Shown here piece after piece: positions 1 through 8,069 of a stretch of 35,572 bases of DNA (positions are counted from its first letter, which is position 1; every line of letters begins with the position of its first letter). The translations under genes were made by a program, and so were the position numbers. The notes under the pieces are model-generated. The model was not told where the DNA came from. It searched no databases and worked only from the letters and a program-made list of their open reading frames with translations. Source of the DNA: a virus (lineage: Duplodnaviria > Heunggongvirae > Uroviricota > Caudoviricetes); the IMG/VR virus record IMGVR_UViG_3300035698_019136, positions 1 to 35,572 of that record; one strand, written 5' to 3'.

Positions 1-608
1 CAGCTTCTGAAAGCCCTAGTGTTTCTCCCTCAGCTTCTGAGAGTCCAAGCGTAAGCCCTTCAGCTTCAGTTTCACCTAGTGCATCTGAAAGCCCAAGTAT
101 TTCACCTTCAGCTTCTGAAAGCCCTAGTGTTTCTCCCTCAGCTTCTGAAAGCCCAAGTGTTTCACCCTCAGCTTCTGAGAGTCCGAGTGTAAGCCCTTCA
201 GCTTCAGTCTCACCTTCTGCTTCTGAAAGCCCAAGTGTAAGCCCTTCAGCTTCTGAAAGCCCAAGTGTTTCACCAAGTGCTTCTGAAAGCCCAAGTGTTT
301 CTCCCTCAGCTTCTAAAAGCCCAAGTGTATCTCCCTCAGCTTCTGAGAGTCCAAGTGTTTCACCCAGTGCTTCAGTTTCACCTAGTGCTTCTGAGAGTCC
401 AAGTGTTTCACCCAGTGCTTCAGTTTCACCTAGTGCTTCTGAAAGCCCAAGTGTATCTCCCTCAGCTTCTGAAAGCCCAAGTGTTTCACCAAGTGCTTCA
501 GTCTCACCTTCAGCTTCTGAAAGCCCAAGCATAAGCCCAAGTGCTTCAATTTCTCCCTCAGTTTCTGAGAGTCCAAGTGTAAGCCCTTCAGCTTCAGTTT
601 CACCTAGT
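1..608 (+). repeat. Degenerate coding repeat (30-bp ESPSVSPSAS and 18-bp SVSPSA units)
   Basis: Recurrent TCAGCTTCTGAAAGCCCAAGTGT motifs with synonymous third-position variation. Confidence 0.95.
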
Positions 609-725
609 ATTGAAGATTGGGAAGATATTGAAATAGATGCAGAATCAAATAATATCGAAATAGATGCAGAATCAAATGAAATTGAAATAGATGCAGAATC
701 AAATGAAATTGAAATAGATACCTAA
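3..725 (+). CDS. Ser/Pro-rich low-complexity repeat protein, C-terminal part (5' end outside window); probable virion/tail-associated protein
   Basis: Frame starting at nt 3 is open to TAA at 723-725 and reads (SPSASESPSV)n then SIEDWEDIEIDAESNNIEIDAESNEIEIDAESNEIEIDT; followed by AAGGAGG and the next ATG at 739; not in the ORF track. Confidence 0.85.
   Translation, partial: ASESPSVSPSASESPSVSPSASVSPSASESPSISPSASESPSVSPSASESPSVSPSASESPSVSPSASVSPSASESPSVSPSASESPSVSPSASESPSVSPSASKSPSVSPSASESPSVSPSASVSPSASESPSVSPSASVSPSASESPSVSPSASESPSVSPSASVSPSASESPSISPSASISPSVSESPSVSPSASVSPSIEDWEDIEIDAESNNIEIDAESNEIEIDAESNEIEIDT
627..719 (+). repeat. 27-bp tandem coding repeat (IEIDAESN[N/E]) x3 plus a partial copy
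   Basis: GAAATAGATGCAGAATCAAAT at 630, 657 and 684; partial at 711. Confidence 0.95.
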
Positions 726-738
726 AAGGAGGTGCAAA

Positions 739-1068
739 ATGAAAAAAGTATTATATAGAAGAGACACTAAAACATGGAGATTTACACTAAAGCGAGGAGG
801 AAGTCCTATATGTTTGACTGGAAAAACATTCTGTTTATCAGCTAAACAGAATGTAGATGATTCATCTTATTTATTTAATAGAAGTGGAACCAATGTAGAA
901 GTAGATGAAGGTATTGCTACTATTACATTAAGTAGTGTAGATACAACAACTCCTTGTGAAAATGGTACAGTTGATGTAGTTTTGATTAAAGATAGTGATG
1001 GTACTCAAGATACATTAGATCAATTCACCATAGAAATTAAAAAAGATGTAAAAACTACCCCTGCTTAA
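739..1068 (+). CDS. BppU N-terminal-like baseplate/tail-associated protein (putative)
   Basis: RRDTKTWRFTLK...LTG..F.LSAK...G.ATITLSS.DT...DV...D pattern resembles BppU_N-type Ig-like phage proteins; strong RBS. Confidence 0.5.
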   Translation: MKKVLYRRDTKTWRFTLKRGGSPICLTGKTFCLSAKQNVDDSSYLFNRSGTNVEVDEGIATITLSSVDTTTPCENGTVDVVLIKDSDGTQDTLDQFTIEIKKDVKTTPA

Positions 1069-1084
1069 AAATATAAGAAAATAC

Positions 1085-1128
1085 TTTACCTTTTATGAAA
1101 AATAGTATATAATATAATTATAGGGTGG
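1085..1128 (+). promoter_or_regulatory. Sigma70-type promoter with downstream TATAGGGTGG element
   Basis: TTTACC (1085-1090), 17 bp, TATAAT (1108-1113), TATAGGGTGG at 1119-1128. Confidence 0.7.
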
Positions 1129-1160
1129 GTAAATTTAAAAAATCTTTAATAGGAGAGTCT

Positions 1161-1919
1161 ATGAGAGCAATCGTTGTTCCTGATCCACATGTTCCTTTAC
1201 ATTATGAACCTGCTATCAGGTGTGTACTAAAAGCAATTCCTATTGTATCTCCCGATACTATTATTTTTTTAGGTGATATAGGAGAATGGGAATCAGTAAG
1301 TCCTTGGAAATGGAAGAAAAAAAGAAGACCTCCTATAGAATATATTTTACCTCAAATAGAACAAGATGCTGTGGAGGTAAACAAGTTTTTAAATAGGTTT
1401 GACAAAGCATGTGAAAAAAACAATATAAAAACGAAAATAATGTGTCAGGGAAATCATGATGTTTGGCTAGATAATTTCGTTGAAGAAAATCCTTTTTTAG
1501 ACAAATATCTATTTAAAAATATTGTACATTTAAATGATAGAAATTATAAATTCCTCCCCTATGGGAAGAGAAAAAAAATGGGGAAACTTTATATATATCA
1601 TGGAGGACATTATGGAACTATACATCATACAAGACAACATGCTCTTCGTTTGGGAGCTAATGTATTGTATGCTCATAACCATGATGTCCAACGAACTAAT
1701 ATTACCCAAGTTTCTGGATGTCATGGAGCTTGGAGTATAGGTTGTTTAAAAAGAATGAATAGAGAAGCTAATTCTTGGCTCAAAGGAAAGATTACAAATT
1801 GGGGGCTTGCATTTGCTATAGTAGATTGGTGGGGGAGAGGCCATTTTAGAATAGATGTAGTAGATATCACAGGAGGAAAAACCCATTTATGGGGACATCT
1901 GATAGATGGTAATAAATAA
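1161..1919 (+). CDS. Calcineurin-like metallophosphoesterase
   Basis: D-x-H (PDPHVP), GD (FLGDIGE), GNHD, HG and HNH motifs; start moved to ATG 1161 after AGGAG. Confidence 0.85.
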   Translation: MRAIVVPDPHVPLHYEPAIRCVLKAIPIVSPDTIIFLGDIGEWESVSPWKWKKKRRPPIEYILPQIEQDAVEVNKFLNRFDKACEKNNIKTKIMCQGNHDVWLDNFVEENPFLDKYLFKNIVHLNDRNYKFLPYGKRKKMGKLYIYHGGHYGTIHHTRQHALRLGANVLYAHNHDVQRTNITQVSGCHGAWSIGCLKRMNREANSWLKGKITNWGLAFAIVDWWGRGHFRIDVVDITGGKTHLWGHLIDGNK

Positions 1920-1936
1920 TAGAAGGAGAAATAATT

Positions 1937-2326
1937 ATGAATAAAGAAAATACTAAAAAACTTTTTGAAGAGTTTAATTACATGTTTCGGGGGAGGCATT
2001 TGCCTATTACAGAAAATTTGATGCCTTTTGGTTTTGAATGTGGGGATGGCTGGTTTGATTTAATTAGAGAACTTTGCCAAAATATTATAAAACTTGATCC
2101 TTCTAAATATTTTATTGTTGAACAAGTAAAGGAAAAATTTGGGGGGCTCAGATTTTATGTTTATGGATCAACAAATGAGATAGAAGATCTTATTGAGTAT
2201 GCAGAAGCTAAATCTTTGATAACTTGTGAAATATGCGGGAAAACAGGAAAAGAAAGAGGCAATGGTTGGATACGTACTCTTTGTGATGAATGTGAAAATA
2301 AAAGAAATAACTCCCCAGACCCTTAA
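1937..2326 (+). CDS. Conserved phage hypothetical protein (QVKEKFGGLRFY family, C-terminal CxxC...CxxC)
   Basis: GFECGDGW, QVKEKFGGLRFY, CEICG...LCDEC motifs typical of a widespread phage family; RBS AAGGAG. Confidence 0.75.
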   Translation: MNKENTKKLFEEFNYMFRGRHLPITENLMPFGFECGDGWFDLIRELCQNIIKLDPSKYFIVEQVKEKFGGLRFYVYGSTNEIEDLIEYAEAKSLITCEICGKTGKERGNGWIRTLCDECENKRNNSPDP

Positions 2327-2416
2327 AAGGCTAGAGCCTGTGGTACATATCTTGAGCGCAATGCTCACCACCTTACTCTATTCTTTCAGGAGCCGCAGCT
2401 GAGAGAAGGGGGAGTT
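2309..2416 (+). ncRNA. Candidate structured RNA (four-helix junction), unassigned family
   Basis: GC-rich island; AACTCCCC 2309-16 / GGGGAGTT 2409-16; TAGAG/CTCTA, GTGGT/ACCAC and GAGC/GCTC nested arm; TTCTTTCAG 2381-89 / CTGAGAGAA 2399-2407 with one G.U pair on the + strand. Confidence 0.4.
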
Positions 2417-2444
2417 TAATAGTTACTCATTTTATTCATTTAGG

Positions 2445-2507
2445 AAAATAAATAAAAAAAAGCTTGACTTTTAATTAGAACTATAATATAATAATAATAT
2501 AAGGTGG
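2445..2507 (+). promoter_or_regulatory. Strong sigma70-type promoter with A-tract UP element; copy 1 of a 58-bp repeat
   Basis: TTGACT (2464-69), 17 bp, TATAAT (2487-92), TATAAGGTGG 2498-2507; 57/58 identical to 8803-8860. Confidence 0.85.
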
Positions 2508-2559
2508 AAAAGGAAATAACAAAAATTAAATACAGTTTTTAGTAAGGAGTTAAAATAAT

Positions 2560-3501
2560 ATGGATATAATAGTAAAAATGAAGTTTGGTTCCCATCTATA
2601 CGGTACAAACACTGAAGATTCTGATACAGATTATAAGGGGATTTTCATGCCTACAAAAAGGCAGATATACTTAGGGCAGATTCCTAAGAGCTGTAATGAA
2701 TCAACAAAGAATACTGAAAAAGAAGGTGTTAAAAATTCAAGCGATGATATAGATACAGAGATATACAGTCTCCATTATTTTATTAAATTAGCTTTAGAAG
2801 GACAGACAGTTGCACTTGATATGCTTCATGCTAATGATGTTTGGCCTAATAAAACTTCTTTTTTATGGGAAAGAATCAGAGAAAATAGGAGTAAGTTTTA
2901 CACCAAGAACCTGGGAGCATTTGTTAGCTATGCAAGAAAGCAAGCAGCAAAGTACGGGGTAAAAGGAACTAGATTAAATGAAGCAAAAAAAGTATTGGAT
3001 TATTTAGATTCTTTCTCTGCTGTTAAACTAAAAGATTTATGGGACTACCTTCCTACAGGAGAGCATGTTAGATTTATAGAAGATAGCCCTAATGGATTAA
3101 GACAGTATCAAGTATGTGGGAAGATACTTCAAGAAACAAGTGGAATAGAATACACATGCAACATAATTAAGAATTTTCTTCAAAACTATGGCAAGAGAGC
3201 AGAAATGGCTGCAAGGAATGAAGGAATAGATTGGAAAGCTATTAGCCATGCATTCAGAGCAGCTTATCAGGTAAAACAGTTGCTAGAAGAAGGGACTATC
3301 ACTTTTCCTCTTAGAGAAGCAGGTATGTTAAAAAGTATAAAGGCTGGGGAATTAGATTTTAATTCTGAAGTTTCCCCAATGCTTGAAGCATTGATGGTAG
3401 AAGTAGAATGCTTATCAGAGGAAAGTGATTTACCAACAAAACCAGATACGAAATTCTGGGAAGATTTTATTGTGGAGGAAATAGACAGATGTTACCCATA
3501 G
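2560..3501 (+). CDS. Pol-beta superfamily nucleotidyltransferase (T4 NrdC.11 / RlaP-like)
   Basis: FGSHLYGTNTEDSDTDYKGIF (GS...DxD signature), EIYSLHYF, DWKAISHAFR. Confidence 0.85.
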   Translation: MDIIVKMKFGSHLYGTNTEDSDTDYKGIFMPTKRQIYLGQIPKSCNESTKNTEKEGVKNSSDDIDTEIYSLHYFIKLALEGQTVALDMLHANDVWPNKTSFLWERIRENRSKFYTKNLGAFVSYARKQAAKYGVKGTRLNEAKKVLDYLDSFSAVKLKDLWDYLPTGEHVRFIEDSPNGLRQYQVCGKILQETSGIEYTCNIIKNFLQNYGKRAEMAARNEGIDWKAISHAFRAAYQVKQLLEEGTITFPLREAGMLKSIKAGELDFNSEVSPMLEALMVEVECLSEESDLPTKPDTKFWEDFIVEEIDRCYP

Positions 3502-4004
3502 ACATGAAGCCATTGTTTAAGTTTTTAGAACAGACCCAAGGTGTAGAGCAAGGAGATATACATCATCCAGAAGGTGATGTTTTTGTGCATTCTTTGCAAG
3601 TACTATATAGGGGATTTAGGGAATCAAAAGATACAGATTTACTTTTAGCTGCGATGCTTCATGACATAGGAAAAATAGAGAATTTTAAAGGCCATGAACG
3701 GATAGCAGTCAAATGGCTAAAGGATTTTGTTAGCGTAAAAACCCTATGGCTTATAGAACAACACATGAGATTCTGGTATTTAGTTCTAGGAGATATGAAA
3801 AGGCAGGGGAAAGTTTTTGAATTAGTACAGCATCCGTGGTTACCAGAATTAGTGTTACTTACAAGATGGGACAAAATGGGAAGAGATCCAAACAAAAAAA
3901 TAAAATATGATAGAGAAGATATCCAAGATAAATTAAATAAATGTGCAAAAGAACATTTTTGTACTCAAATGAATCAACACCATTTAAATTCAATAGGAGA
4001 ATGA
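3489..4004 (+). CDS. HD-domain phosphohydrolase
   Basis: HHPEGDVFVHSL...AAMLHDIGK...GHE...HM...RWDKMGR, like the HD domain of CCA-adding enzymes; overlaps the NTase stop. Confidence 0.85.
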   Translation: MLPIDMKPLFKFLEQTQGVEQGDIHHPEGDVFVHSLQVLYRGFRESKDTDLLLAAMLHDIGKIENFKGHERIAVKWLKDFVSVKTLWLIEQHMRFWYLVLGDMKRQGKVFELVQHPWLPELVLLTRWDKMGRDPNKKIKYDREDIQDKLNKCAKEHFCTQMNQHHLNSIGE

Positions 4005-4005
4005 T

Positions 4006-4542
4006 ATGAAAAAGTATTTGATTTTATTTTTAATACTGCTCCCACAAACGGGTACTTCTAAAGACTGGTTTTGTGATGCTATTCACAATATTGATGAGGC
4101 TGTTTGTATTAGTACCACAACTACAATACTGCCTAATATCTGTGGGGAAATTACAAGGGATGAGGCGGGGGCTTTAATTATGCCATATCTTCAAAGCCCT
4201 CCTTGGGGAACCAATTCTTTTTATTGGGATATGACTTATAGATTAATTTCAGTTGAAAGCCTTATTAAGCAATTGGAAAAACTTAAAATAAAAAGAAAAG
4301 AGGGAATGGATTGTGATGATTTCATGGTAATTATGTGGGGAAGAGTGCTTGAATGGATGCCTAATATTGCTTTCGGCATGGTGATTATATGGAACGAAAA
4401 TGAGAAGGGTAATTTATACAGACATGGAAAATGTATCTTTATTGATTGCAATAAAACTGTATGGTCAGTAGAGCCTCAAGGAAATGCAATAAAAGTATGG
4501 AACGAAAAAGCAGATACAATAATTATGATACCTCAAAGCTAA
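4006..4542 (+). CDS. Signal-peptide-bearing papain/transglutaminase-like cysteine protease (agglutinin-C/MOA-related)
   Basis: Hydrophobic N-terminus; DCDDF, RHGKCIFID and VEPQ motifs (putative Cys-His-Glu triad). Confidence 0.6.
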   Translation: MKKYLILFLILLPQTGTSKDWFCDAIHNIDEAVCISTTTTILPNICGEITRDEAGALIMPYLQSPPWGTNSFYWDMTYRLISVESLIKQLEKLKIKRKEGMDCDDFMVIMWGRVLEWMPNIAFGMVIIWNENEKGNLYRHGKCIFIDCNKTVWSVEPQGNAIKVWNEKADTIIMIPQS

Positions 4543-4557
4543 AAAGGAGACTAAAAA

Positions 4558-5112
4558 ATGAGTGAAATAAAAGTAGGAAGCATTGTAGATGTAAAAGATA
4601 GCAGTTATTCAATGATAATAGAAGATAGTGTTTTAACAAAAAGAAAGGAAGCCTTACGAAATAGAAATCCATGGAAAGTGCTTGCAGTTAATGGAAGGTA
4701 TCCAATGGAAGAGTGTGGTAGGAGATATTATGGTTTCAATACCACTATGATAACACCACTATCAGGTAATGGCATTGTTGCATTTACAAGGACAAAATAC
4801 CTCAAACTCCACATTGATGAAAACCAAGAAATGATAATGGAAAACCAAAAAAAGAGCTTGGAAAAGTGGGAGAAGGGGGTAGTAGGCATTTGCTCCCTAT
4901 TATCTAGCCTGAATAGCAGGTGTGGGTATTGTGAAAATATTTCTTTTATTATGTGTAACAAGAATTGTTCATTATATAAAAAGAAATTATGTAGTGGGGA
5001 TATGGAAGATAACACGCCTTTCAATAAAGTCATTAGAGCATTAAAAGAAGCAACTAAAAACGCAGTAATTCTAAGGGATGGAATCAGAGAAGATATAGGA
5101 GGAGCAAAATGA
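4558..5112 (+). CDS. Hypothetical protein, paralog family A (KVG.IV.V.DSSY...RNPW module + CGYC Cys cluster)
   Basis: Shares RNPW, EKWE and CGYC..C..C motifs with 12773-13462 and 13540-14487. Confidence 0.7.
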   Translation: MSEIKVGSIVDVKDSSYSMIIEDSVLTKRKEALRNRNPWKVLAVNGRYPMEECGRRYYGFNTTMITPLSGNGIVAFTRTKYLKLHIDENQEMIMENQKKSLEKWEKGVVGICSLLSSLNSRCGYCENISFIMCNKNCSLYKKKLCSGDMEDNTPFNKVIRALKEATKNAVILRDGIREDIGGAK

Positions 5113-5180
5113 ACATTAATCAACTAACCAAACTGGAAGTGGGTAAATAATATAAATATAATAAGGGAGAGTGATTAATT

Positions 5181-5543
5181 ATGGGTAAATGTATAGGAAT
5201 AGTAGGAAGTAGAAAACAAGATAGTAATAAGGATTATAAAGCTGTATTCAAAGCTTTTAAAAAAATATACGATAGAATGGGGGAGGACAGTATAGTGTCC
5301 GGTGGTCGTCAAAAGGGCGGAGACCGATTCGCAGAAGTCATTTCTAAGACTATCGGAATACCAATAATGATTCATAGAGCTAACTGGGGGAAGTATAGAA
5401 AAGAAGCAGGATCTATCCGGAATACATTAATAGCAAAAGATTGTGATATTCTTATAGCTTGTGTTTCAGAAGACCGTTCAGGAGAAACTGAAGACATAAT
5501 TAAAAAAGCTGAGGAGCAAGGCAAACAAATTATTATAGTATAA
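5181..5543 (+). CDS. SLOG-superfamily (DUF2493/YspA-like) nucleotide-binding protein
   Basis: IGIVGSR, IVSGG..KGGDRFAE, ANW.KY...AG.IRN, G.TED motifs. Confidence 0.75.
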   Translation: MGKCIGIVGSRKQDSNKDYKAVFKAFKKIYDRMGEDSIVSGGRQKGGDRFAEVISKTIGIPIMIHRANWGKYRKEAGSIRNTLIAKDCDILIACVSEDRSGETEDIIKKAEEQGKQIIIV

Positions 5544-5552
5544 GGAGCTGCA

Positions 5553-5732
5553 ATGGCTAACTATTGGGAATATTTTAAGAAGCATATGGGGCACAGATTG
5601 GAATTACAACCTACAAAAAACCCTTGCATTATAGTATTGTATTGCAAAGATTGTCACCAATATGTCGAACATTTTAAACAAACTGATGGTCCTGAGGAAG
5701 ATGTGGAAATAACCGAGTATGAAAAATATTAA
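5553..5732 (+). CDS. Small hypothetical protein (59 aa, CxxC), below ORF-track cutoff
   Basis: AAGGAG RBS; MANYWEYFKKHMGHRLELQ...YCKDCHQ...EKY*. Confidence 0.65.
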   Translation: MANYWEYFKKHMGHRLELQPTKNPCIIVLYCKDCHQYVEHFKQTDGPEEDVEITEYEKY

Positions 5733-5828
5733 ACCAAACACCCATTGTCGGGGAGAGAGAAGGGAAGTTAGAAGAGAGTCTAGCTATCCTGCGAACACGT
5801 AAACATACGGTATGTAGGAGAATTTATT

Positions 5829-6188
5829 ATGACCGGATGCGAGTGGACGAAGTGTACTGATTACAAAAATGGAGAATGCCACAATCAGTTAGATTATGTG
5901 AACAAAGATAGTGGCGAACCTATGTGCCCTTTTAACCTAAATGCCATTCCTAAGGATATGGCAGAGGAGAATTGTCCGTCCTGCCGGGCAATGAGAAACC
6001 GCCTTATCTCCATTGTCAAAGGCACTATGTCGGTTAAGGTTATGCAGAAATATGATGACCATGATGACGATGAATGCTTCATGCGGAATATTACCTTAAT
6101 TGGTATCCAACAAATTGCGGATGGTAGTCATAGTTGGAAGGAAGCATTGCCCTATAAACCCATAGGGGATGAAGAATTAAGCAGATAG
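5829..6188 (+). CDS. Hypothetical Cys-rich protein
   Basis: RBS AGGAG; CEWTKC...C...CPF...CPSC; visibly GC-richer than the flanks. Confidence 0.7.
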   Translation: MTGCEWTKCTDYKNGECHNQLDYVNKDSGEPMCPFNLNAIPKDMAEENCPSCRAMRNRLISIVKGTMSVKVMQKYDDHDDDECFMRNITLIGIQQIADGSHSWKEALPYKPIGDEELSR

Positions 6189-6257
6189 TCCGTCAACCCA
6201 CCTGACCGTGGGTAGCGGCTGACTTCTATATTAAACGTATAATTTAAAGGAGGTAAT

Positions 6258-6488
6258 ATGGGATGCAATAGGGAAATGAGAAAAAGTGTTAAGTGTATTC
6301 TAAACGAAAAAGGAATATGTGGTAGTACTAGTACCGGAGAATCTACCTTTGAAAAAGTTATGAAGCATCTAGGAATTGCTAATATTGAAGCCCTAACAAT
6401 GAAAAATGCAATTGACAAAGACATACAGGAAGATGAGGAAGCAGCATCCATAGCAGAATATGATAAGGAAATGAGAGAAGGAAAATAA
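6258..6488 (+). CDS. Hypothetical protein
   Basis: RBS AAGGAGG; open 76-aa frame. Confidence 0.65.
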   Translation: MGCNREMRKSVKCILNEKGICGSTSTGESTFEKVMKHLGIANIEALTMKNAIDKDIQEDEEAASIAEYDKEMREGK

Positions 6489-6503
6489 AAAGAGAGGGAT
6501 AAA

Positions 6504-7322
6504 ATGATTCTAGTAATTGATGCTAATCAGGCAACTCACCGAGCTTACCATATATCAGGTTTGAGCTACTTAAATCAGCAGACAAATGTGATTTTTGGAG
6601 TGCTTAACAGCACATTAAAGCAAGTTAAAAAATTCAAACCTGATAAATTGGTATTCTGTTGGGACTCCCATAATAACAAACGAAAGAAGATGAACAAGGA
6701 TTATAAGGCAAACAGGAAACACAAAGACCCTAAAATCTATACTTCTTTATATCAACAGGAATCTCAACTAAAGGACATTATACCAAAACTAGGGTGGGAC
6801 CAGTGGGAAATTGATGGACTAGAAGCTGATGATTTGATAGCCAATACAGTAGATTACGCAGATTATAGTACTAAAATTGTTATTGTATCTAATGATTCTG
6901 ATCTATATCAATTGTTAAATATAAATACTTCACTCTATTTTCCTACTCCAGATACCATATTCACACTTGCAAATTTTCAACTTACATATGGTATAGCACC
7001 TTTGTATTGGAGTAATTTTAAAGCCATAGCAGGATGTTCCTCAGATAATGTAATAGGTCTTAAAGGATATGGAAAAAAAAGGGTTCTAGATTATTTACAA
7101 AATCAAAATCTCAGTAAACATTATGAATATATAGAAGAACACAAAGATGAATGGGAACCAAATTTAGAATTAGTAAGATTACCACTTGAATTCGTAGAGC
7201 CTCCTCCTTTTAATCCTTTGGGCCTTGATATAGATGCATTTATTGATATCTGTCAGCTCTACGGATTCAAGTCTTTTCTCCAAAACATCGATACCTGGAA
7301 GGAGATTTTTGATGAAGATTAA
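6504..7322 (+). CDS. 5'-3' exonuclease / flap endonuclease (Pol I N-terminal / T4 RNase H-like)
   Basis: LVID.N, CWDS, YKANRK, EADDLIA, SNDSDLYQL, SDN..G..G.GKK motifs. Confidence 0.92.
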   Translation: MILVIDANQATHRAYHISGLSYLNQQTNVIFGVLNSTLKQVKKFKPDKLVFCWDSHNNKRKKMNKDYKANRKHKDPKIYTSLYQQESQLKDIIPKLGWDQWEIDGLEADDLIANTVDYADYSTKIVIVSNDSDLYQLLNINTSLYFPTPDTIFTLANFQLTYGIAPLYWSNFKAIAGCSSDNVIGLKGYGKKRVLDYLQNQNLSKHYEYIEEHKDEWEPNLELVRLPLEFVEPPPFNPLGLDIDAFIDICQLYGFKSFLQNIDTWKEIFDED

Positions 7323-7530
7323 ACCCAAAAATGAAATTTTAGAACATATTAAAATATTAAATAATCATATTAATTGTTATGAAAATAAATATTCGGAATC
7401 TGGATGGGGTGGAAATACTAATGCTCCACAAGTACAAAAGGGAAGGATAGAATATGCAGGTTGGATAGCACACAGAGATATGTACAGAAGAATGCTACAA
7501 AAGAATTATCCTTATGTATTACTAATATAG
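7312..7530 (+). CDS. Hypothetical protein
   Basis: ATG 7312 after AAGGAG, overlapping the exonuclease end; in the track's 7234 frame. Confidence 0.6.
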   Translation: MKIKPKNEILEHIKILNNHINCYENKYSESGWGGNTNAPQVQKGRIEYAGWIAHRDMYRRMLQKNYPYVLLI

Positions 7531-7578
7531 CTTAAAATAAAAGAGGAGGACTATTAAGGAGGTTGTGGAGAAGTTAAA

Positions 7579-7719
7579 ATGAAAAAACGACACTTCAAGA
7601 AAATGTTAAAGAAAACAGGACTCGGTGAGATAATTATAGAAGTTCTTATAGAAACACTCAGGGAAAAATTGAATGAATTTTTAGAAGAACTAAATGAAAT
7701 AAAAGAGGAGGAATACTAA
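7579..7719 (+). CDS. Small hypothetical protein (46 aa) whose C-terminus duplicates the N-terminus of the 8070 ORF
   Basis: GGAG RBS; MKKRHFKK...LNEFLEELNEIKEEEY*. Confidence 0.5.
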   Translation: MKKRHFKKMLKKTGLGEIIIEVLIETLREKLNEFLEELNEIKEEEY

Positions 7720-7764
7720 TGACGAAAAATAATTGGGATTGTGTAAGAAATGTGATGATAATAA

Positions 7765-8058
7765 TTGGAGCGTGTACCCTGTATTGTAATCCCCCATATC
7801 TCTCCTTTTTATATTTTAGTAGAAGGAAAACAATATAGTATATGGCAAAATGGTTGTCGTATTACAGAACAAAGCAGAAGTTTAATAGCAACCAAAAAAA
7901 AGTTATCTGAAACGCTCAAATACAATCTAGATCTCCATATCAGAGATTATAGAAAAAAGTTAAAGGAATTAGAGTCTGCAAGAAATGAATACACAGTAGA
8001 TACTGACTGGATAGAAAACCATAGAACTAAAGTTGAAATAAAAGAAGAGGACTATTAA
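7765..8058 (+). CDS. Hypothetical protein, possibly frameshifted at its 5' end
   Basis: TTG start without a good RBS; an RBS-preceded ATG at 7719 opens a different, short frame. Confidence 0.45.
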   Translation: MERVPCIVIPHISPFYILVEGKQYSIWQNGCRITEQSRSLIATKKKLSETLKYNLDLHIRDYRKKLKELESARNEYTVDTDWIENHRTKVEIKEEDY

Positions 8059-8069
8059 GGAGGTTTTCA

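Noticed and set aside
265-534. Track ORF FHQVLLKAQV...
   Set aside because: Off-frame shadow of the Ser/Pro repeat; the frame from nt 3 is open for 240 codons and ends next to the following RBS
627-719. Possible CRISPR array (27-bp repeats)
   Set aside because: Repeats are contiguous in-frame codons with no unique spacers; no cas genes
2309-2416. tRNA call for the structured island
   Set aside because: No TTC(G/A)A T-loop, no canonical D-loop or 7-nt anticodon loop, no CCA; kept only as an unassigned ncRNA candidate
5134-5162. Promoter upstream of the SLOG gene
   Set aside because: TATAAT present (5157-62) but the -35 position reads TGGAAG; too weak in AT-rich DNA
5181-5543. Possible degeneration of SLOG motifs (GRQKG, GETED)
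   Set aside because: Cannot be distinguished from normal family variation without an alignment
7020-7060. GCSSDN instead of GDxSDN in the 5'-3' exonuclease
   Set aside because: Other acidic catalytic motifs are intact; a single variant is insufficient to claim altered function
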